A stretch of DNA of 64,000 nucleotides from Myxococcales bacterium. GTDB lineage: Bacteria > Myxococcota > UBA727 > JABDBI01. Within the stretch, counting starts at the first letter, position 1. Each line of letters starts with the position of its first letter. This document shows positions 38,624 through 49,406 of this stretch, piece by piece. The notes below the pieces were generated by a model. It was not told the origin of the DNA, made no database searches, and saw only the letters and a program-made list of their open reading frames with translations. The position numbers and the translations under genes are program-made. The stretch is taken from positions 150,329-214,328 of the forward strand of contig JAHFEF010000001.1 in the NCBI GenBank assembly GCA_023248545.1, written 5' to 3'.

Positions 38624-39141
38624 TATTTGTCAGCGCGCATCATTTTGGCATAGAAGCGAGCCTGGATATCGGGCTCCACTTCGTAGTTTCTCTTAAACTC
38701 ACCGAGCAAGAAAGTCTCGACGATTTTTCCCACGAACGGAATCTTGACGCTCATTTCGCCTTCGAGCGTTCGCCGGGTTCCGTTTTTGAGCTTCGTGTGT
38801 GTCCACTTGCCGGAACTTTCGAACTTGCCTTGGGCCTTGATGGGCTCGATGGTAAAATACACGGCGTGTTCTTTGGGTACAAAGCGTGATTTCTCCAGCC
38901 ACGTGAAGAGTTCGGGAGAGGCCAGTTTTGAAATCGCTGGGGGGAGTTCGCCACCCGCGGTGACTTTGAAAACCCAATGTTGTTCACCATTGCCGAGTGT
39001 TTGGGACTCTACCAGCTCTCGGCTTTTGAAAGAGGGCATGTGCGCGAGCATGGTGTTCAGTTCTGGGTGGTTTAAGTATTTCTCAAAAACATCGAGCGGG
39101 ACGGACGGAAATTCATGTTCAAGTTTGAAGGGTGTCGTCAT
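38623..39141 (-). CDS. hypothetical protein, possibly SRPBCC-like
   Basis: 172 aa soluble protein. Its stop overlaps the lipA start. Confidence 0.35.
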   Translation of the reverse strand: MTTPFKLEHEFPSVPLDVFEKYLNHPELNTMLAHMPSFKSRELVESQTLGNGEQHWVFKVTAGGELPPAISKLASPELFTWLEKSRFVPKEHAVYFTIEPIKAQGKFESSGKWTHTKLKNGTRRTLEGEMSVKIPFVGKIVETFLLGEFKRNYEVEPDIQARFYAKMMRADK

Positions 39142-39219
39142 GGTTTGCTTCCTGGCATGATTTATTCAAGAAGCCAACTGGACAATTGGGCTAAATCGGG
39201 CTAGTGGGTATCGTTGTCT

Positions 39220-39294
39220 GGGCCCGTAGCTCAGCGGTAGAGCATTCGGCTCATAACCGACCGCGCGCAGGTTCGAATCCCGCCGGGCCCACCA
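39220..39294 (+). tRNA. tRNA with CAT anticodon (Met, or Ile2 if lysidinylated)
   Basis: Manual fold. Acceptor GGGCCCG/CGGGCCC, D-arm GCTC-AGCGGTA-GAGC, anticodon loop CTCATAA, T-loop TTCGAAT, 3' CCA encoded. Confidence 0.8.
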
Positions 39295-39312
39295 GTTTGG
39301 AGTGTTTGAGAT

Positions 39313-40032
39313 ATGATGATTCGTGAGCAGCTCAGTCAGTTGTTAGATTTAGGAAAAAAAGACCGGCAACTCAAAGAACTACGAGAAAAGCAGAAAACAT
39401 TGCCCCAGAAAGCCAACGAGGCCAAAAGTGCAGCACTCGATGCTTCTGTTCGAGAGTCTAATTTAAAGGCCCACAGCAAAGAGTTGGAATTAAAACGGGC
39501 CCAGCTCGATCTGGAGACTCAAACTGAAAAAGGCAATCTGCGCAAATGGGAAGCCCGTGCCGACAAAATCAAAGGCGAGCGCGAATACACGACCCTGATG
39601 TCTGAAATCGGCAGCCAGAAGAAAGCCATCTCAGATTTAGAAACCAGATCTTTGCAAGTCATGCAAGAGCAGGACAAAATTAAGAAAGATTTAGAGGCTG
39701 CTCAAAAAGCGCTTGCTGCAGCGAATACGCTTTATCAAGAAGAATGGTCCAAAGTCGAAAGCGATATGAATGCTCTATCGGCCGAGCTGGCTGCTCTTGA
39801 ACAGAGCAGGGGCGAGCTGTCAAAATCGATGCAGCCTTCGTTGTTTAAACGCTACGAGCAAATTGCTTCTAAGAGGGCTGGCCTCGGCGTTGCTGTGTTG
39901 TCTAAAGAAATTTGTCAGGCTTGCAAACGCACGGTGCCGCCCGAACTCTACAATCGGGTTGCCAAGGGCGAAGTGCTTGAGTCGTGTCCGTTTTGTCAGC
40001 GTTTGTTGGTGACAGAAAACCTAGGAGCTTAA
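39313..40032 (+). CDS. zinc-ribbon/coiled-coil protein (COG1579-like)
   Basis: Long coiled coil. C-terminal CQAC...CPFC. Confidence 0.65.
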   Translation: MMIREQLSQLLDLGKKDRQLKELREKQKTLPQKANEAKSAALDASVRESNLKAHSKELELKRAQLDLETQTEKGNLRKWEARADKIKGEREYTTLMSEIGSQKKAISDLETRSLQVMQEQDKIKKDLEAAQKALAAANTLYQEEWSKVESDMNALSAELAALEQSRGELSKSMQPSLFKRYEQIASKRAGLGVAVLSKEICQACKRTVPPELYNRVAKGEVLESCPFCQRLLVTENLGA

Positions 40033-40033
40033 C

Positions 40034-41257
40034 ATGAGTGCTCTATCAATCGCGGATCCGATGATTGCGAATTTAATTGCGCAGGAAATCAGACGACAAC
40101 ATGAAGGCCTAGAGTTAATTGCGAGCGAAAACTATGTGTCACCAGCCATATTAGAAGCTGTTGGCAGTGTGCTGACGAATAAATATGCCGAAGGATACCC
40201 GGGAGCGCGTTATTATGGGGGTTGTGAATATCACGATCAAATCGAGAACCTGGCGATTGAGCGTGCCAAAAAATTATTCGGAGCTGAGCATGCGAATGTC
40301 CAGCCGCATTCTGGGGCGAATGCCAATTTAGCAGTCTACATGGCTGCCGTGAATCCGGGCGATACGGTCTTGGCGATGAACTTAGACCATGGTGGGCATT
40401 TAACCCACGGTGCCAAAGTGAATTTCTCGGGCCGTTTGTATCGCATTGTCCCCTATGGAGTGAGCGCCGAAACAGGTTTGATAGATTATGACGAGGTCGA
40501 ACGTCTGGCGCATTTGGAAAAACCGAAGATGATCCTGGCTGGCGCATCGGCGTATGCGCGTGTAATAGACTTTGAGCGCTTTGCTGCCATTGCCAAACAA
40601 GTCGGTGCAAAATTATTTGTCGATATGGCACATATCGCTGGCCTGGTGGCGGCTGGGTTGCACCCGTCTCCAATTCCCTATGCTGATTTTGTATCGACAA
40701 CCACCCATAAGACGTTAAGAGGTCCTCGTGGGGGGATGATTTTATGCAAAGCCGAGTACCAGAAAGTGATTGATTCACGGGTGTTTCCGGGCACACAAGG
40801 TGGGCCGCTGATGCACGTGATCGCCGGGAAGGCTGTCTGTTTTCAGGAAGCCTTGCAACCCGAATTTAAAACCTATCAAACGCAAGTGATCGCGAATGCG
40901 AAGGCGTTGGCTGAGGGTTTGCATGCGCAAGGCTTTGATTTGGTTTCGGGGGGAACCGATAATCACCTGGTATTATTAGATTTACGCAGTAAAAATATCA
41001 CCGGAAAAGATGCCGAGGCGGCGTTAAATAGCGCTCATATGGTGGTGAATAAAAACAAGATTCCGTTTGATCCAACGCCAGCCCAAATAACTTCTGGAAT
41101 TCGGCTGGGGACACCGGCTGTGACGACACGGGGTCTGAAAACCCCAGAAATGCAACAGATTGCTGGTTGGATTGGCCAAGTGTTAACAGCGCTTGATGAC
41201 ACCGAGGTGCGCGCGCAAATTAGAGCGCAGGTTCATGCGTTGACGGCGAGGTTTTAG
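40034..41257 (+). CDS. glyA: serine hydroxymethyltransferase
   Basis: [16 protein letters not shown]-lysine motif and SHMT-typical N-terminus. Confidence 0.95.
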   Translation: MSALSIADPMIANLIAQEIRRQHEGLELIASENYVSPAILEAVGSVLTNKYAEGYPGARYYGGCEYHDQIENLAIERAKKLFGAEHANVQPHSGANANLAVYMAAVNPGDTVLAMNLDHGGHLTHGAKVNFSGRLYRIVPYGVSAETGLIDYDEVERLAHLEKPKMILAGASAYARVIDFERFAAIAKQVGAKLFVDMAHIAGLVAAGLHPSPIPYADFVSTTTHKTLRGPRGGMILCKAEYQKVIDSRVFPGTQGGPLMHVIAGKAVCFQEALQPEFKTYQTQVIANAKALAEGLHAQGFDLVSGGTDNHLVLLDLRSKNITGKDAEAALNSAHMVVNKNKIPFDPTPAQITSGIRLGTPAVTTRGLKTPEMQQIAGWIGQVLTALDDTEVRAQIRAQVHALTARF

Positions 41258-41259
41258 CC

Positions 41260-42972
41260 ATGTTTTGGGGAAGCATCCTGTCCGCGATCATCGCTGTTGC
41301 TGGTATCTGGTACAAAGTGGCTTATGTAAAGCCCGAGTTTGTGGTGGTGCCGGTGCATTCGACGGAACCGGTCACTGCTTGGTTGCCGGAGTTAAGAGCC
41401 TGGTGGAAAGACGCGGTTATTTATCAAGTTTATTTGCGCAGCTATCAGGATTCTGACGGGGATGGCGTCGGTGATATTAAAGGCCTCATAGACAGGCTTT
41501 CGCATTTGAGTGAGCTTGGCGTCGACGCCATTTGGATCTCGCCCATTCACCCGTCGCCGGATTATGACTTTGGTTATGACGTCGAAGATTATTACGGTGT
41601 GCACACAAAGTATGGCAGTTTAAGAGATTTCGATGATTTGATCCGGGCCTGCAAGCAACGAGGCATCAAAGTTGTGCTTGATTTGGTGGTGAATCATACG
41701 TCGGATCAGCATCCTTGGTTTCGAGAGTCCCGATCCTCGAGAAATCACCCCAAACGTGACTGGTATATCTGGGCCGACCAGCCGAATAATTGGCTTTCGC
41801 GTCTCAATGAACCTGCGTGGGTTTATGATAATCAGACGCAGCAATATTACATGCATTCTTTTTTCAAAGAGCAGCCGGATTTAAACTGGCGTCACCCAGA
41901 AGTTCGAGCAGAAGTTAAAAAAATCATGCGCTTTTGGTTGGACAAAGGCGTCGCCGGGTTTCGCTTGGATTTAGCGAATTATTTTCTCAAAGATCCTGCG
42001 CTTCGAGATAACCCAATCACTTGGAATCAGGCTCACACAGCTTTATTTTATGGTTATCATTGGCAAAAGCATCTCTATGACAAAGACTCCCCCGAGTTGT
42101 TGGATGTGTATCGTGATTTGCGACAAATCACGGACCCCTATGAGGCTGTATTGCTGGGTGAGATAGACAGCGATGATCACCGGGCCAATCTTTCGGCCAG
42201 TTACCTCGGGGAAAAATTAGATGCTTTGAATCTTGCGTTTAATTTCGATTTTCTGGAGTCGTCTTTTGAAGCCCAACAGTTTGCTGATGTGATTCAGGCC
42301 TGGGAACAAGTTCTACCTCCTGGAGGACAGCCTGTTTATACGCTGAGCAATCACGACAAAGTCAGACACATGACGAGATACGGCGATTCATGGGAGAAAG
42401 CCCGATTGGCTGCCATGTTGTTGCTGACTCTCAAAGGCACGCCCGTTTTGTATTATGGCGAAGAAATTGGCATGAAAGAAGCTCAGATTTCTGACGACCA
42501 CATGCAGGATCCCTTGGAACGGATTGTGCGGTCTGCTGTGCCGTTTGTATCAAGATTCATTCATATCGGACGCGACGGGTGTCGCACGCCGATGCAATGG
42601 GGATCTGGGCCTTATGCGGGATTTAGCACGGGGCATCCCTGGGTGGCCATGTCTGACAGGACAGCCTCTGTGTCCGAGCAACGAGAAGACTATGATTCGC
42701 TGCTTTGGTTGTACAGAAAATTAATTGGCCTTAGAAAGTGGGAAGACGCCTTGCGTCTAGGCGATCAGGTGATTCAAACACATGATCACCCAGATGTTTT
42801 GTTGTATTCACGCCGTTATCAGGGCAAAACCATTTGGGTTGCCTTGAATTTCGGGGCCCAAAAAGTTCGTTTGGAACATGCCAGTGAGCCCAAAGTGCAC
42901 TTGAGTACTTACGCAGAAGAATCTGATGGCAAGTCACTCAGGCCCTACGAAGGGGTTATTTGGACGCACTAG
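41260..42972 (+). CDS. GH13 alpha-glucosidase/oligo-1,6-glucosidase-like
   Basis: DAVIYQVY...GDGVGD, LDLVVNHTS, GFRLD. Unusual N-terminal hydrophobic segment. Confidence 0.85.
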   Translation: MFWGSILSAIIAVAGIWYKVAYVKPEFVVVPVHSTEPVTAWLPELRAWWKDAVIYQVYLRSYQDSDGDGVGDIKGLIDRLSHLSELGVDAIWISPIHPSPDYDFGYDVEDYYGVHTKYGSLRDFDDLIRACKQRGIKVVLDLVVNHTSDQHPWFRESRSSRNHPKRDWYIWADQPNNWLSRLNEPAWVYDNQTQQYYMHSFFKEQPDLNWRHPEVRAEVKKIMRFWLDKGVAGFRLDLANYFLKDPALRDNPITWNQAHTALFYGYHWQKHLYDKDSPELLDVYRDLRQITDPYEAVLLGEIDSDDHRANLSASYLGEKLDALNLAFNFDFLESSFEAQQFADVIQAWEQVLPPGGQPVYTLSNHDKVRHMTRYGDSWEKARLAAMLLLTLKGTPVLYYGEEIGMKEAQISDDHMQDPLERIVRSAVPFVSRFIHIGRDGCRTPMQWGSGPYAGFSTGHPWVAMSDRTASVSEQREDYDSLLWLYRKLIGLRKWEDALRLGDQVIQTHDHPDVLLYSRRYQGKTIWVALNFGAQKVRLEHASEPKVHLSTYAEESDGKSLRPYEGVIWTH

Positions 42973-44856
42973 TTACGGCGTGAGATCCAAACATATGGCA
43001 TATACAGTGAAACTCCAGTCATGAGATTCAGCTGAGCCCTCCGCCACTGTTATCGACCAAGTATCAACGTCTGTCGCTGAGGAGGCAGAAGTGTAAAGTT
43101 TGTCCAAGGCAGCACCATCGCTAGTTGCGACCACATTGAACCCAATGACAACCTTGTCCCCCACAGTGGTGCAGTCAACAGATTTTGTTTTAGCGCTGGA
43201 ATTCGTAACAGATGTTGCAGACACGATGTAAAATATTGAAGAGCCTGGTGGGCCTGGTGGGCCTGGCGGGCCTGGTGCGCCTGGTGCTCCTGGTGCGCCC
43301 GGTGCTCCTGGTGCTCCTGGTGCACCCGGTGCTCCTGGTGGGCCAGCGGCGCCGTTACAAACGTATTTCGTCGAATCCACCTCGCCTGCTTCCAAAGTAG
43401 TGTTATTGGCTGTTCCGCTTGGTAAGCCATCGTCTAAGCCTGTATCGACCCTAACTCCACCTGCGGCGCAATTAACCCCGACAGGCTCTGCTGTGGTCTT
43501 AATGAGGGAATTAATTCCATTGGTCCCGTTCGTACCGTTCGTACCGTTCGTACCGTTTGTCCCGTTTGTTCCGGCAGCACCATTGCAAATATATCTTGTC
43601 GAATCCACCTCGCCTGCTTCCAAGATGCTATTATTAGCAGTTCCGCTTGGTAAGCCATCGTCTAAGCCTGTATCGACCCTAACTCCACCTGCGGCGCAAT
43701 TAACCCCGACAGGCTCTGCTGTGGTCTTAATGAGGGAATTAATTCCATTGGTCCCGTTGGTTCCATTAGTACCATTGGTACCGTCGGTACCGTTCGTACC
43801 ATTCGTGCCGTTAGTACCATCGGTCCCGTTGGTTCCATTGGTTCCATTGGTTCCGTTCGTACCGTTTGTCCCGTTGGTTCCAGCAATGCCATCGCAAGTG
43901 TATCTTGCCGAATCCACCTCGCCTGCTTCCAAGATGCTATTATTGGCAGTTCCGCTCGGCGTGCCATCGTCTAAGCCTGTCTCGATCAAAACTCCACCTG
44001 CGGCGCAGTTGGGCCCGGCAGGTTCTACTGCGGTCTCAACGAGGGAATTAACTCCATTGGCACCGTCAGCTCCATTCGTACCATTGGTTCCATCTGTTCC
44101 GTTTGCACCAGCGATGCCATTACAGACATAGGTTGTTGAATCAACCTCAAGTACATCCAGAATAAGGTCATTCACAATCCCGCCAGGTAGACCATCATCT
44201 AGACCTGTCATGACCTTGAATCCACCTGATGCACAGTTAACTCCCGGGTCCTCTATCTCGGTCACGATGAGGGAGCTGATGCCGCTGGAACCAGGAGGGC
44301 CGGCGGGTCCTTGTCCACCACCCGAGGGACCAACACCGGTTGGAGTGTCGTCAATACCATCAGGGATTCCATCATTGTCTGAATCGACGTCACGCGAATC
44401 AAGCAGTCCGTCCCCATCATGATCGACAATGTAGTTCGCGGGGACATAAATATCTCCCGGATCAACCTGGCCATCCCCATCTTGATCCAAGTAACCGAGA
44501 CCCTGTTCTTTTATATCGGGAATGCCATCGGCATCTGAATCTAAATCGTTCCAGTCCGGATACCCATCCCCATCAGTGTCCAATTCTTCGACCTGAGCAA
44601 ACTGAGCAAGTATTTTACTCACCTGGATGACGTTTGAATACTTGCAACCAGATATTCTATGTTCGAGCAAGTCAGAAAGTCCATCTCTGTCAGTGTCCAT
44701 CCTAGAACAGTCAGATCCATCAGGGCTGGATGTAGTTGCATTGGATAAGTCGGGCAAGGAAGCCAGGCTGGTACCGGAACTGCAGGTGGCAGCGAACAGT
44801 GCCACCACCAAGGAACCACCACATAAAACAGCGCTTTGAACCGTTTGGGCGCGCAT
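42973..44856 (-). CDS. secreted collagen-like repeat protein with TSP type-3 repeats
   Basis: Signal peptide. Asp-rich calcium-binding TSP3 repeats ([22 protein letters not shown]). Four tandem ~50-aa modules, each followed by (GTN)n collagen-like tracts. Also a (GAP/GPP)11 collagen triplet block. Confidence 0.75.
   Translation of the reverse strand: MRAQTVQSAVLCGGSLVVALFAATCSSGTSLASLPDLSNATTSSPDGSDCSRMDTDRDGLSDLLEHRISGCKYSNVIQVSKILAQFAQVEELDTDGDGYPDWNDLDSDADGIPDIKEQGLGYLDQDGDGQVDPGDIYVPANYIVDHDGDGLLDSRDVDSDNDGIPDGIDDTPTGVGPSGGGQGPAGPPGSSGISSLIVTEIEDPGVNCASGGFKVMTGLDDGLPGGIVNDLILDVLEVDSTTYVCNGIAGANGTDGTNGTNGADGANGVNSLVETAVEPAGPNCAAGGVLIETGLDDGTPSGTANNSILEAGEVDSARYTCDGIAGTNGTNGTNGTNGTNGTNGTDGTNGTNGTNGTDGTNGTNGTNGTNGINSLIKTTAEPVGVNCAAGGVRVDTGLDDGLPSGTANNSILEAGEVDSTRYICNGAAGTNGTNGTNGTNGTNGTNGINSLIKTTAEPVGVNCAAGGVRVDTGLDDGLPSGTANNTTLEAGEVDSTKYVCNGAAGPPGAPGAPGAPGAPGAPGAPGAPGPPGPPGPPGSSIFYIVSATSVTNSSAKTKSVDCTTVGDKVVIGFNVVATSDGAALDKLYTSASSATDVDTWSITVAEGSAESHDWSFTVYAICLDLTP
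43243..44330. repeat. nested tandem repeats inside the collagen-like gene
   Basis: 9-bp units: 11 copies of cctggtgNN at 43243-43342, GTN-coding ggtacgaac-type units at 43523-43575, 43748-43884 and 44055-44110. About 230-300-bp modules repeated 4 times (43367-44330), the first two nearly identical. Confidence 0.8.
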
Positions 44857-44927
44857 AGAGAATCCTCCCATTTAAGGCCTCTTGCCCTGTATCTAATGTC
44901 TCTGGGGGATAATTGCCAAGAGGCGCG

Positions 44928-46220
44928 CTAAAAACGAACGAGCAGCGCGAAATTGATTCTGTTTTCTGACTTGGATAAATCTGGCGTCCAACCTGTTACA
45001 ATGGCATTGGGGTTGCCATTGTTGCCACCCGGCGGGGTGATTCCGCCGGAGCCTGAAAAATACGGTGTGCTGGCTTCACGGTGAATATACTCGAGCCTGA
45101 GTGTCAAAAATTGGCTGGGAAGATAATCAAAAGTCGCCGAAGTGTCCCAGGCCCAAAAATCACCGGCACTGGTATTAAAATAATTAGTTGGAATACTTGA
45201 AGACGCCGTAGCGCCGTTAATTGCAGGAATTACAACCAAATAGCGACCTGGATTTTTAATCGCGCCCCCACCGAGTGTGAGAGCCAATAAATCTTTCAAG
45301 AACCAAAGTCGGTGATAGGCCATGAGGCCTAAGAAATATTGGTTGCTACAAGAAACACCACCGCCCTCTTCACAGCCGGCATCCAGTGTTAAACTCAACG
45401 CTGCTTTGCTCAGCCAAGAACTTGGTTTGTCATAATATTTGTGCTGTAGGCTATTGTCCGTATGTAATCTCACCCGGTTTGGCGTGTTGGCCGTATCGTA
45501 ACCAAAATAACTATTGGATACCAACGACCAATTGCCTGTGGGTCGCCACAAAAATTCAATGCCTAGCCCTGGAGTTTGGTTGAACATACCATAGGATTGC
45601 CAGCCGTTAATCAACCAGTATTCGACTTTAAGTTTGTCCGACGGAAAAGTTTGGACCCGAATGCCATTGAAAAACCAGGGTGTGTTGGCCGACACATAGG
45701 ACATCTGGTAGATCCAATTTTCATAGTTATAATAACTGCATAGGCCAATATACGACATGAAGATTCCAGCGTCGAGATTGATGCCATTCCAAATATCCAG
45801 ATGATACCCAGCATAAGCCTCAGAGACATATCTGTAAGCGTCAGATAAGTTCCATTGGCCTCGGCTGGGACTGGAGTCATTGCGTGGTGTCATGGTCGAG
45901 TAGAGGCCAAACTGTGTCATGAGTCGACCACGGACGTTTTTATAATGAAAGTCGCCGCCAATGCCTAATTGTTGTATTTGAAGTTCGTTGGTGCGTCCGG
46001 TGTTGGTCGAACCCACCAAAGAGTGATCACTTGGATTGGCGAAGTCATAAACAGCATTGCCGTCGAAGATAAATTGGCCTGTAAAGGCCTTGGTTTCCAA
46101 CGGGAATTCTGTTTGGCGCGAATTGCCGTTGAGCCACGAAAAATTAGCAAATGCAAACGGTTCGGCAGTTTCGGCGTGTGTGGCGAAGCTCGCAATGACC
46201 AAGAGGGCTATCATTTTCAT
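44928..46220 (-). CDS. outer-membrane beta-barrel protein (putative porin)
   Basis: Signal peptide, alternating amphipathic strands, C-terminal ...ALLVRF (terminal Phe). Confidence 0.5.
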   Translation of the reverse strand: MKMIALLVIASFATHAETAEPFAFANFSWLNGNSRQTEFPLETKAFTGQFIFDGNAVYDFANPSDHSLVGSTNTGRTNELQIQQLGIGGDFHYKNVRGRLMTQFGLYSTMTPRNDSSPSRGQWNLSDAYRYVSEAYAGYHLDIWNGINLDAGIFMSYIGLCSYYNYENWIYQMSYVSANTPWFFNGIRVQTFPSDKLKVEYWLINGWQSYGMFNQTPGLGIEFLWRPTGNWSLVSNSYFGYDTANTPNRVRLHTDNSLQHKYYDKPSSWLSKAALSLTLDAGCEEGGGVSCSNQYFLGLMAYHRLWFLKDLLALTLGGGAIKNPGRYLVVIPAINGATASSSIPTNYFNTSAGDFWAWDTSATFDYLPSQFLTLRLEYIHREASTPYFSGSGGITPPGGNNGNPNAIVTGWTPDLSKSENRINFALLVRF

Positions 46221-46579
46221 TGAGTAACTACTCCATTAAACTGGGCCCGAGGAGGATGTCTCAGGGCATAAAGATAAGCCCATAAGGGGATGGCACCTGT
46301 GAGAACAAAGCTGATCGCAGAGCACAACAGCCAGCCTGCTTCTTGGACTTGTGCGTTTACTTCGTCGGTTGCACCAGCCCGTTTGTTCCAGCGGAATCCA
46401 CCTATAAAATTGCCGACCCCATTTCCAAAGTTGGCGATGCTGGCAATAATGAGAGCTCCTAGAGGGGAGAACAACCCGTCCAAAAACCGATTGGCTGATA
46501 GGTTTGGGCTGAGCAAGAGAGCGGCGCTCAATAGAAAAACCCTGTTATATCGGAACATGTTTGGTCTCCAACTTGCCAA
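46217..46579 (-). CDS. hypothetical small membrane protein
   Basis: Hydrophobic segments. Overlaps the start of the porin gene. Weak support. Confidence 0.3.
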   Translation of the reverse strand: MASWRPNMFRYNRVFLLSAALLLSPNLSANRFLDGLFSPLGALIIASIANFGNGVGNFIGGFRWNKRAGATDEVNAQVQEAGWLLCSAISFVLTGAIPLWAYLYALRHPPRAQFNGVVTQ

Positions 46580-46623
46580 ATAACCGGCAGTGCCTATAAA
46601 TTAGTCCAAAGGGAGTTTTTCAT

Positions 46624-47364
46624 ATGGAATCAACGAATCCTGTCTTGGCCAGAGGCCTGGCTAAGAGTCAGTCTGAGTATTTGAGTGGCGAGCGCATGAC
46701 GATCAATGGCACGATCAATAAAACGGGCATGTTGCTCGGCATTGCGGCCGTGACGGCGGCGTATCCGTGGAGTTTGGTGCATGCCAGTAACTTCACGGCT
46801 CTGAATCTGCCGATGTGGGGCGGCTTAATTGCCGGCTTTATTGTCGCCATCGCAGTGAGTTTGAAACCGATGTGGGCACCCTGGGGTGCGCCTATCTATG
46901 CGGCTGCTGAAGGGTTGGTGCTGGGGGCCATCTCGGGCATGCTGAATGCACAATATCCTGGCATTGCGATTCAGGCGTTGATTGGCACGATGGGGACGCT
47001 GGCTGTCATGCTGCTGATTTATCGCTCACGTATTATCGAAGTCAATCAACGTTTTCGCATTGGTATTCTGGCCGCTACCGGCGGTGTCGCGCTGATTTAT
47101 TTGGTGTCGATGGTTTTAGGATTTTTTGGCGTGGTGATCCCCGGTATTTTTGGAAATGGTTTAATCGGAATTGGCTTTAGTTTGGTAGTGGTCTGTATTG
47201 CGGCGCTTAATCTCGTGCTTGATTTTGACCTCATCGAGCGTGGCACAAAACAAGGCGCTCCCAAATACATGGAGTGGTTTGGGGCGTTTGCTCTGATGGT
47301 GACGCTGGTATGGCTGTATTTGGAAATACTGCGGCTGATGGCCAAGTTTCGAAGTCGGGATTAA
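46624..47364 (+). CDS. Bax inhibitor-1/YccA-family membrane protein
   Basis: 246 aa, 7 predicted TM helices, YccA-like layout. Confidence 0.5.
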   Translation: MESTNPVLARGLAKSQSEYLSGERMTINGTINKTGMLLGIAAVTAAYPWSLVHASNFTALNLPMWGGLIAGFIVAIAVSLKPMWAPWGAPIYAAAEGLVLGAISGMLNAQYPGIAIQALIGTMGTLAVMLLIYRSRIIEVNQRFRIGILAATGGVALIYLVSMVLGFFGVVIPGIFGNGLIGIGFSLVVVCIAALNLVLDFDLIERGTKQGAPKYMEWFGAFALMVTLVWLYLEILRLMAKFRSRD

Positions 47365-47391
47365 TTCACACGCTCAAGTTGTTGATGGGGG

Positions 47392-49404
47392 ATGCGATTT
47401 TATTTTGTGTCCCCCTTGTTGTTGGCTGGTTTATTAGGTTGCAGTGATTCTGCGAAGCTTCACTCAACGAGTTTCGCTTGTACTGATTCTGAGCAACCTA
47501 CGTGTGAGTTTCAAAGTGAGCCAAGTACTCAGCATGTTTTGGACCCGCTCACACCCGACGAACTCAAATTGGCTGTTGATATTTTGAAACAAGCTGGCCT
47601 GGTGGGGGGTACCTCCTATATCCAACTGCTGTCGACGCTGGAACCTGACAAAGCTTCAGAGGGTATGTATCCCAAGTTTGACAGTGTACCGCGCAAAGCG
47701 TTCGCGATCATCGTGAATACGAGCAACACGGACAAGTTTGAGTGCGTGATTGATTTGGAAAAAAAACAGCTCGAGAGCAAAACGGCCATCACAAGTGGGC
47801 AACCGGCGTTGTTATTTGTCGAGCAAATCAACGCCAAAAAAGCCATTGCGGCGGATGAACGCGTGATCAAAGCCCTGCGGGACAGGGGCCTGGATCCAAA
47901 ATATGTTTACGTCGAGCCTTGGGCGGCGGGGGATCTAAGTTTAGAACAGGATATTGATCGAACGCATCGGTTTATTCGCGGGACGATTTATTATCGACAA
48001 GATTCAATTAATCCTTATGCCAGGCCCATAGAGGGTATCAGCACGCTTTATGATGTCACGATGGGGAAAGTCTCTGTGCGAGATGCTGGCCAGACCCCGT
48101 TACATCCCAAAGCGCATGACTTTTTCAAGCAGTCTCAAAAAGCCGTTCCCCCGCCGGATGGGTTTACGAATACGCATCCCAATATCAAAGTTTCAGGACA
48201 ACAAGTGGAGTGGCGCGGTTGGAAGCTGCGTTTTCAAGTACACCCTCGAGAAGGGCTTGTTTTGTATGATATTTGGCGACAAGACAAGGGCGTTTACAAA
48301 CCCGTCCTCGAACGTGCGTCTCTGTCAGAGATGATCGTGCCTTATGCAGACCCCGATGATCAGTGGTTTTGGAAGTCGGCCTTTGACCAGGGTGAATATG
48401 GCATTGGAACAAACACGGACTCACTCATGCGTGGGGTGCATTTTCCGGTGACTGGGTTGGCATTTCCAGCGAATTTTTCGTCGGAAACAGGAGAGCTCAG
48501 TACGATTGACAATGCCGTGGCCATTTTTGAGAAAGACGCTTTCACGCTGTGGTCCCACTATGACTGGGATACGAATACGCAAAGCGCGCGAGCCGGCAAA
48601 GAACTCGTGATAGTGTCTTTCTTTACCGTCGGTAACTACGATTATGGTTTTCAATGGACGTTTAAAGAAGATGGTTCGATTGATTTTCAGCAGTTACTCA
48701 CTGGCGTGTTGTTAACCAAGGGCAGCAAAATCAAAAAATGCGGCCGTTGCGAAAATTTATCGCTTTTTTCAATCGGTGACCAATTTGGAACGGTGGTCGA
48801 TGAGAAGTTGATCGCCATTGCGCATCAGCATCACTTTAATATGCGATTGGATTTTGCGGTGGCAGGCGGCAAAAACAGCGTGGCTGAAATCACGCTGAAC
48901 AAAGCAGACCCGAGCGATAATACCCATGGCAATGCCTTTTTAATCAGCGAACGTGCATTACATACTGAGAAAGAATCTGTGAGCAAAGTGGTTCACAATC
49001 AAGCGAAGCACTGGTGGATTTATAACCGAGGGGTGAAGAATTCGTTGGGGCACTTTGCAGGATTTTTGCTCGAGCCCGGTAGAACCAGTGATTATTATGG
49101 CGCCGAGGGAGCGTCCGTTTTAGAGCGTGCGCCATTTTTAGAAAATAACTTCTATGTGACGAAATTTCACCCACGCGAAATGCATGCAGCGGGTGACTAC
49201 CCCAACCAAAGTGGCAACGACGGTATCCCCATTTGGATTTCAAAGCGCGATGCATCGATTCAACAACAAGATTTAGTGGTTTGGTACACACTGGGTGTGA
49301 CGCATTTGCCATGTGCAGAAGAATGGCCGGTCATGACTTTGCATCGGGCGGGCTTTACGATTCGACCGATGGGATTTCACGAGCAAAACCTATTGGTGGA
49401 GTGA
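47392..49404 (+). CDS. copper-containing (topaquinone) amine oxidase, lipoprotein
   Basis: Lipobox LLGCS. TPQ consensus TVGNYDYGFQW. Copper-ligand motifs AHQHHF and GVTHLP. Confidence 0.85.
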   Translation: MRFYFVSPLLLAGLLGCSDSAKLHSTSFACTDSEQPTCEFQSEPSTQHVLDPLTPDELKLAVDILKQAGLVGGTSYIQLLSTLEPDKASEGMYPKFDSVPRKAFAIIVNTSNTDKFECVIDLEKKQLESKTAITSGQPALLFVEQINAKKAIAADERVIKALRDRGLDPKYVYVEPWAAGDLSLEQDIDRTHRFIRGTIYYRQDSINPYARPIEGISTLYDVTMGKVSVRDAGQTPLHPKAHDFFKQSQKAVPPPDGFTNTHPNIKVSGQQVEWRGWKLRFQVHPREGLVLYDIWRQDKGVYKPVLERASLSEMIVPYADPDDQWFWKSAFDQGEYGIGTNTDSLMRGVHFPVTGLAFPANFSSETGELSTIDNAVAIFEKDAFTLWSHYDWDTNTQSARAGKELVIVSFFTVGNYDYGFQWTFKEDGSIDFQQLLTGVLLTKGSKIKKCGRCENLSLFSIGDQFGTVVDEKLIAIAHQHHFNMRLDFAVAGGKNSVAEITLNKADPSDNTHGNAFLISERALHTEKESVSKVVHNQAKHWWIYNRGVKNSLGHFAGFLLEPGRTSDYYGAEGASVLERAPFLENNFYVTKFHPREMHAAGDYPNQSGNDGIPIWISKRDASIQQQDLVVWYTLGVTHLPCAEEWPVMTLHRAGFTIRPMGFHEQNLLVE

Positions 49405-49406
49405 CC

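Noticed and set aside
43243-44330. Regularly spaced repeats that could look CRISPR-like.
   Set aside because: Units are 9 bp and about 250 bp and lie inside a coding region. There are no 28-37-bp repeats with unique spacers and no cas genes.
43050-44422. Multiple ORFs on the + strand (for example 43400..44131, with VPFVPFVPF runs) and overlapping minus-frame ORFs.
   Set aside because: They are antisense or out-of-frame shadows of the repetitive collagen-like gene. The repeat structure keeps frames open artificially.
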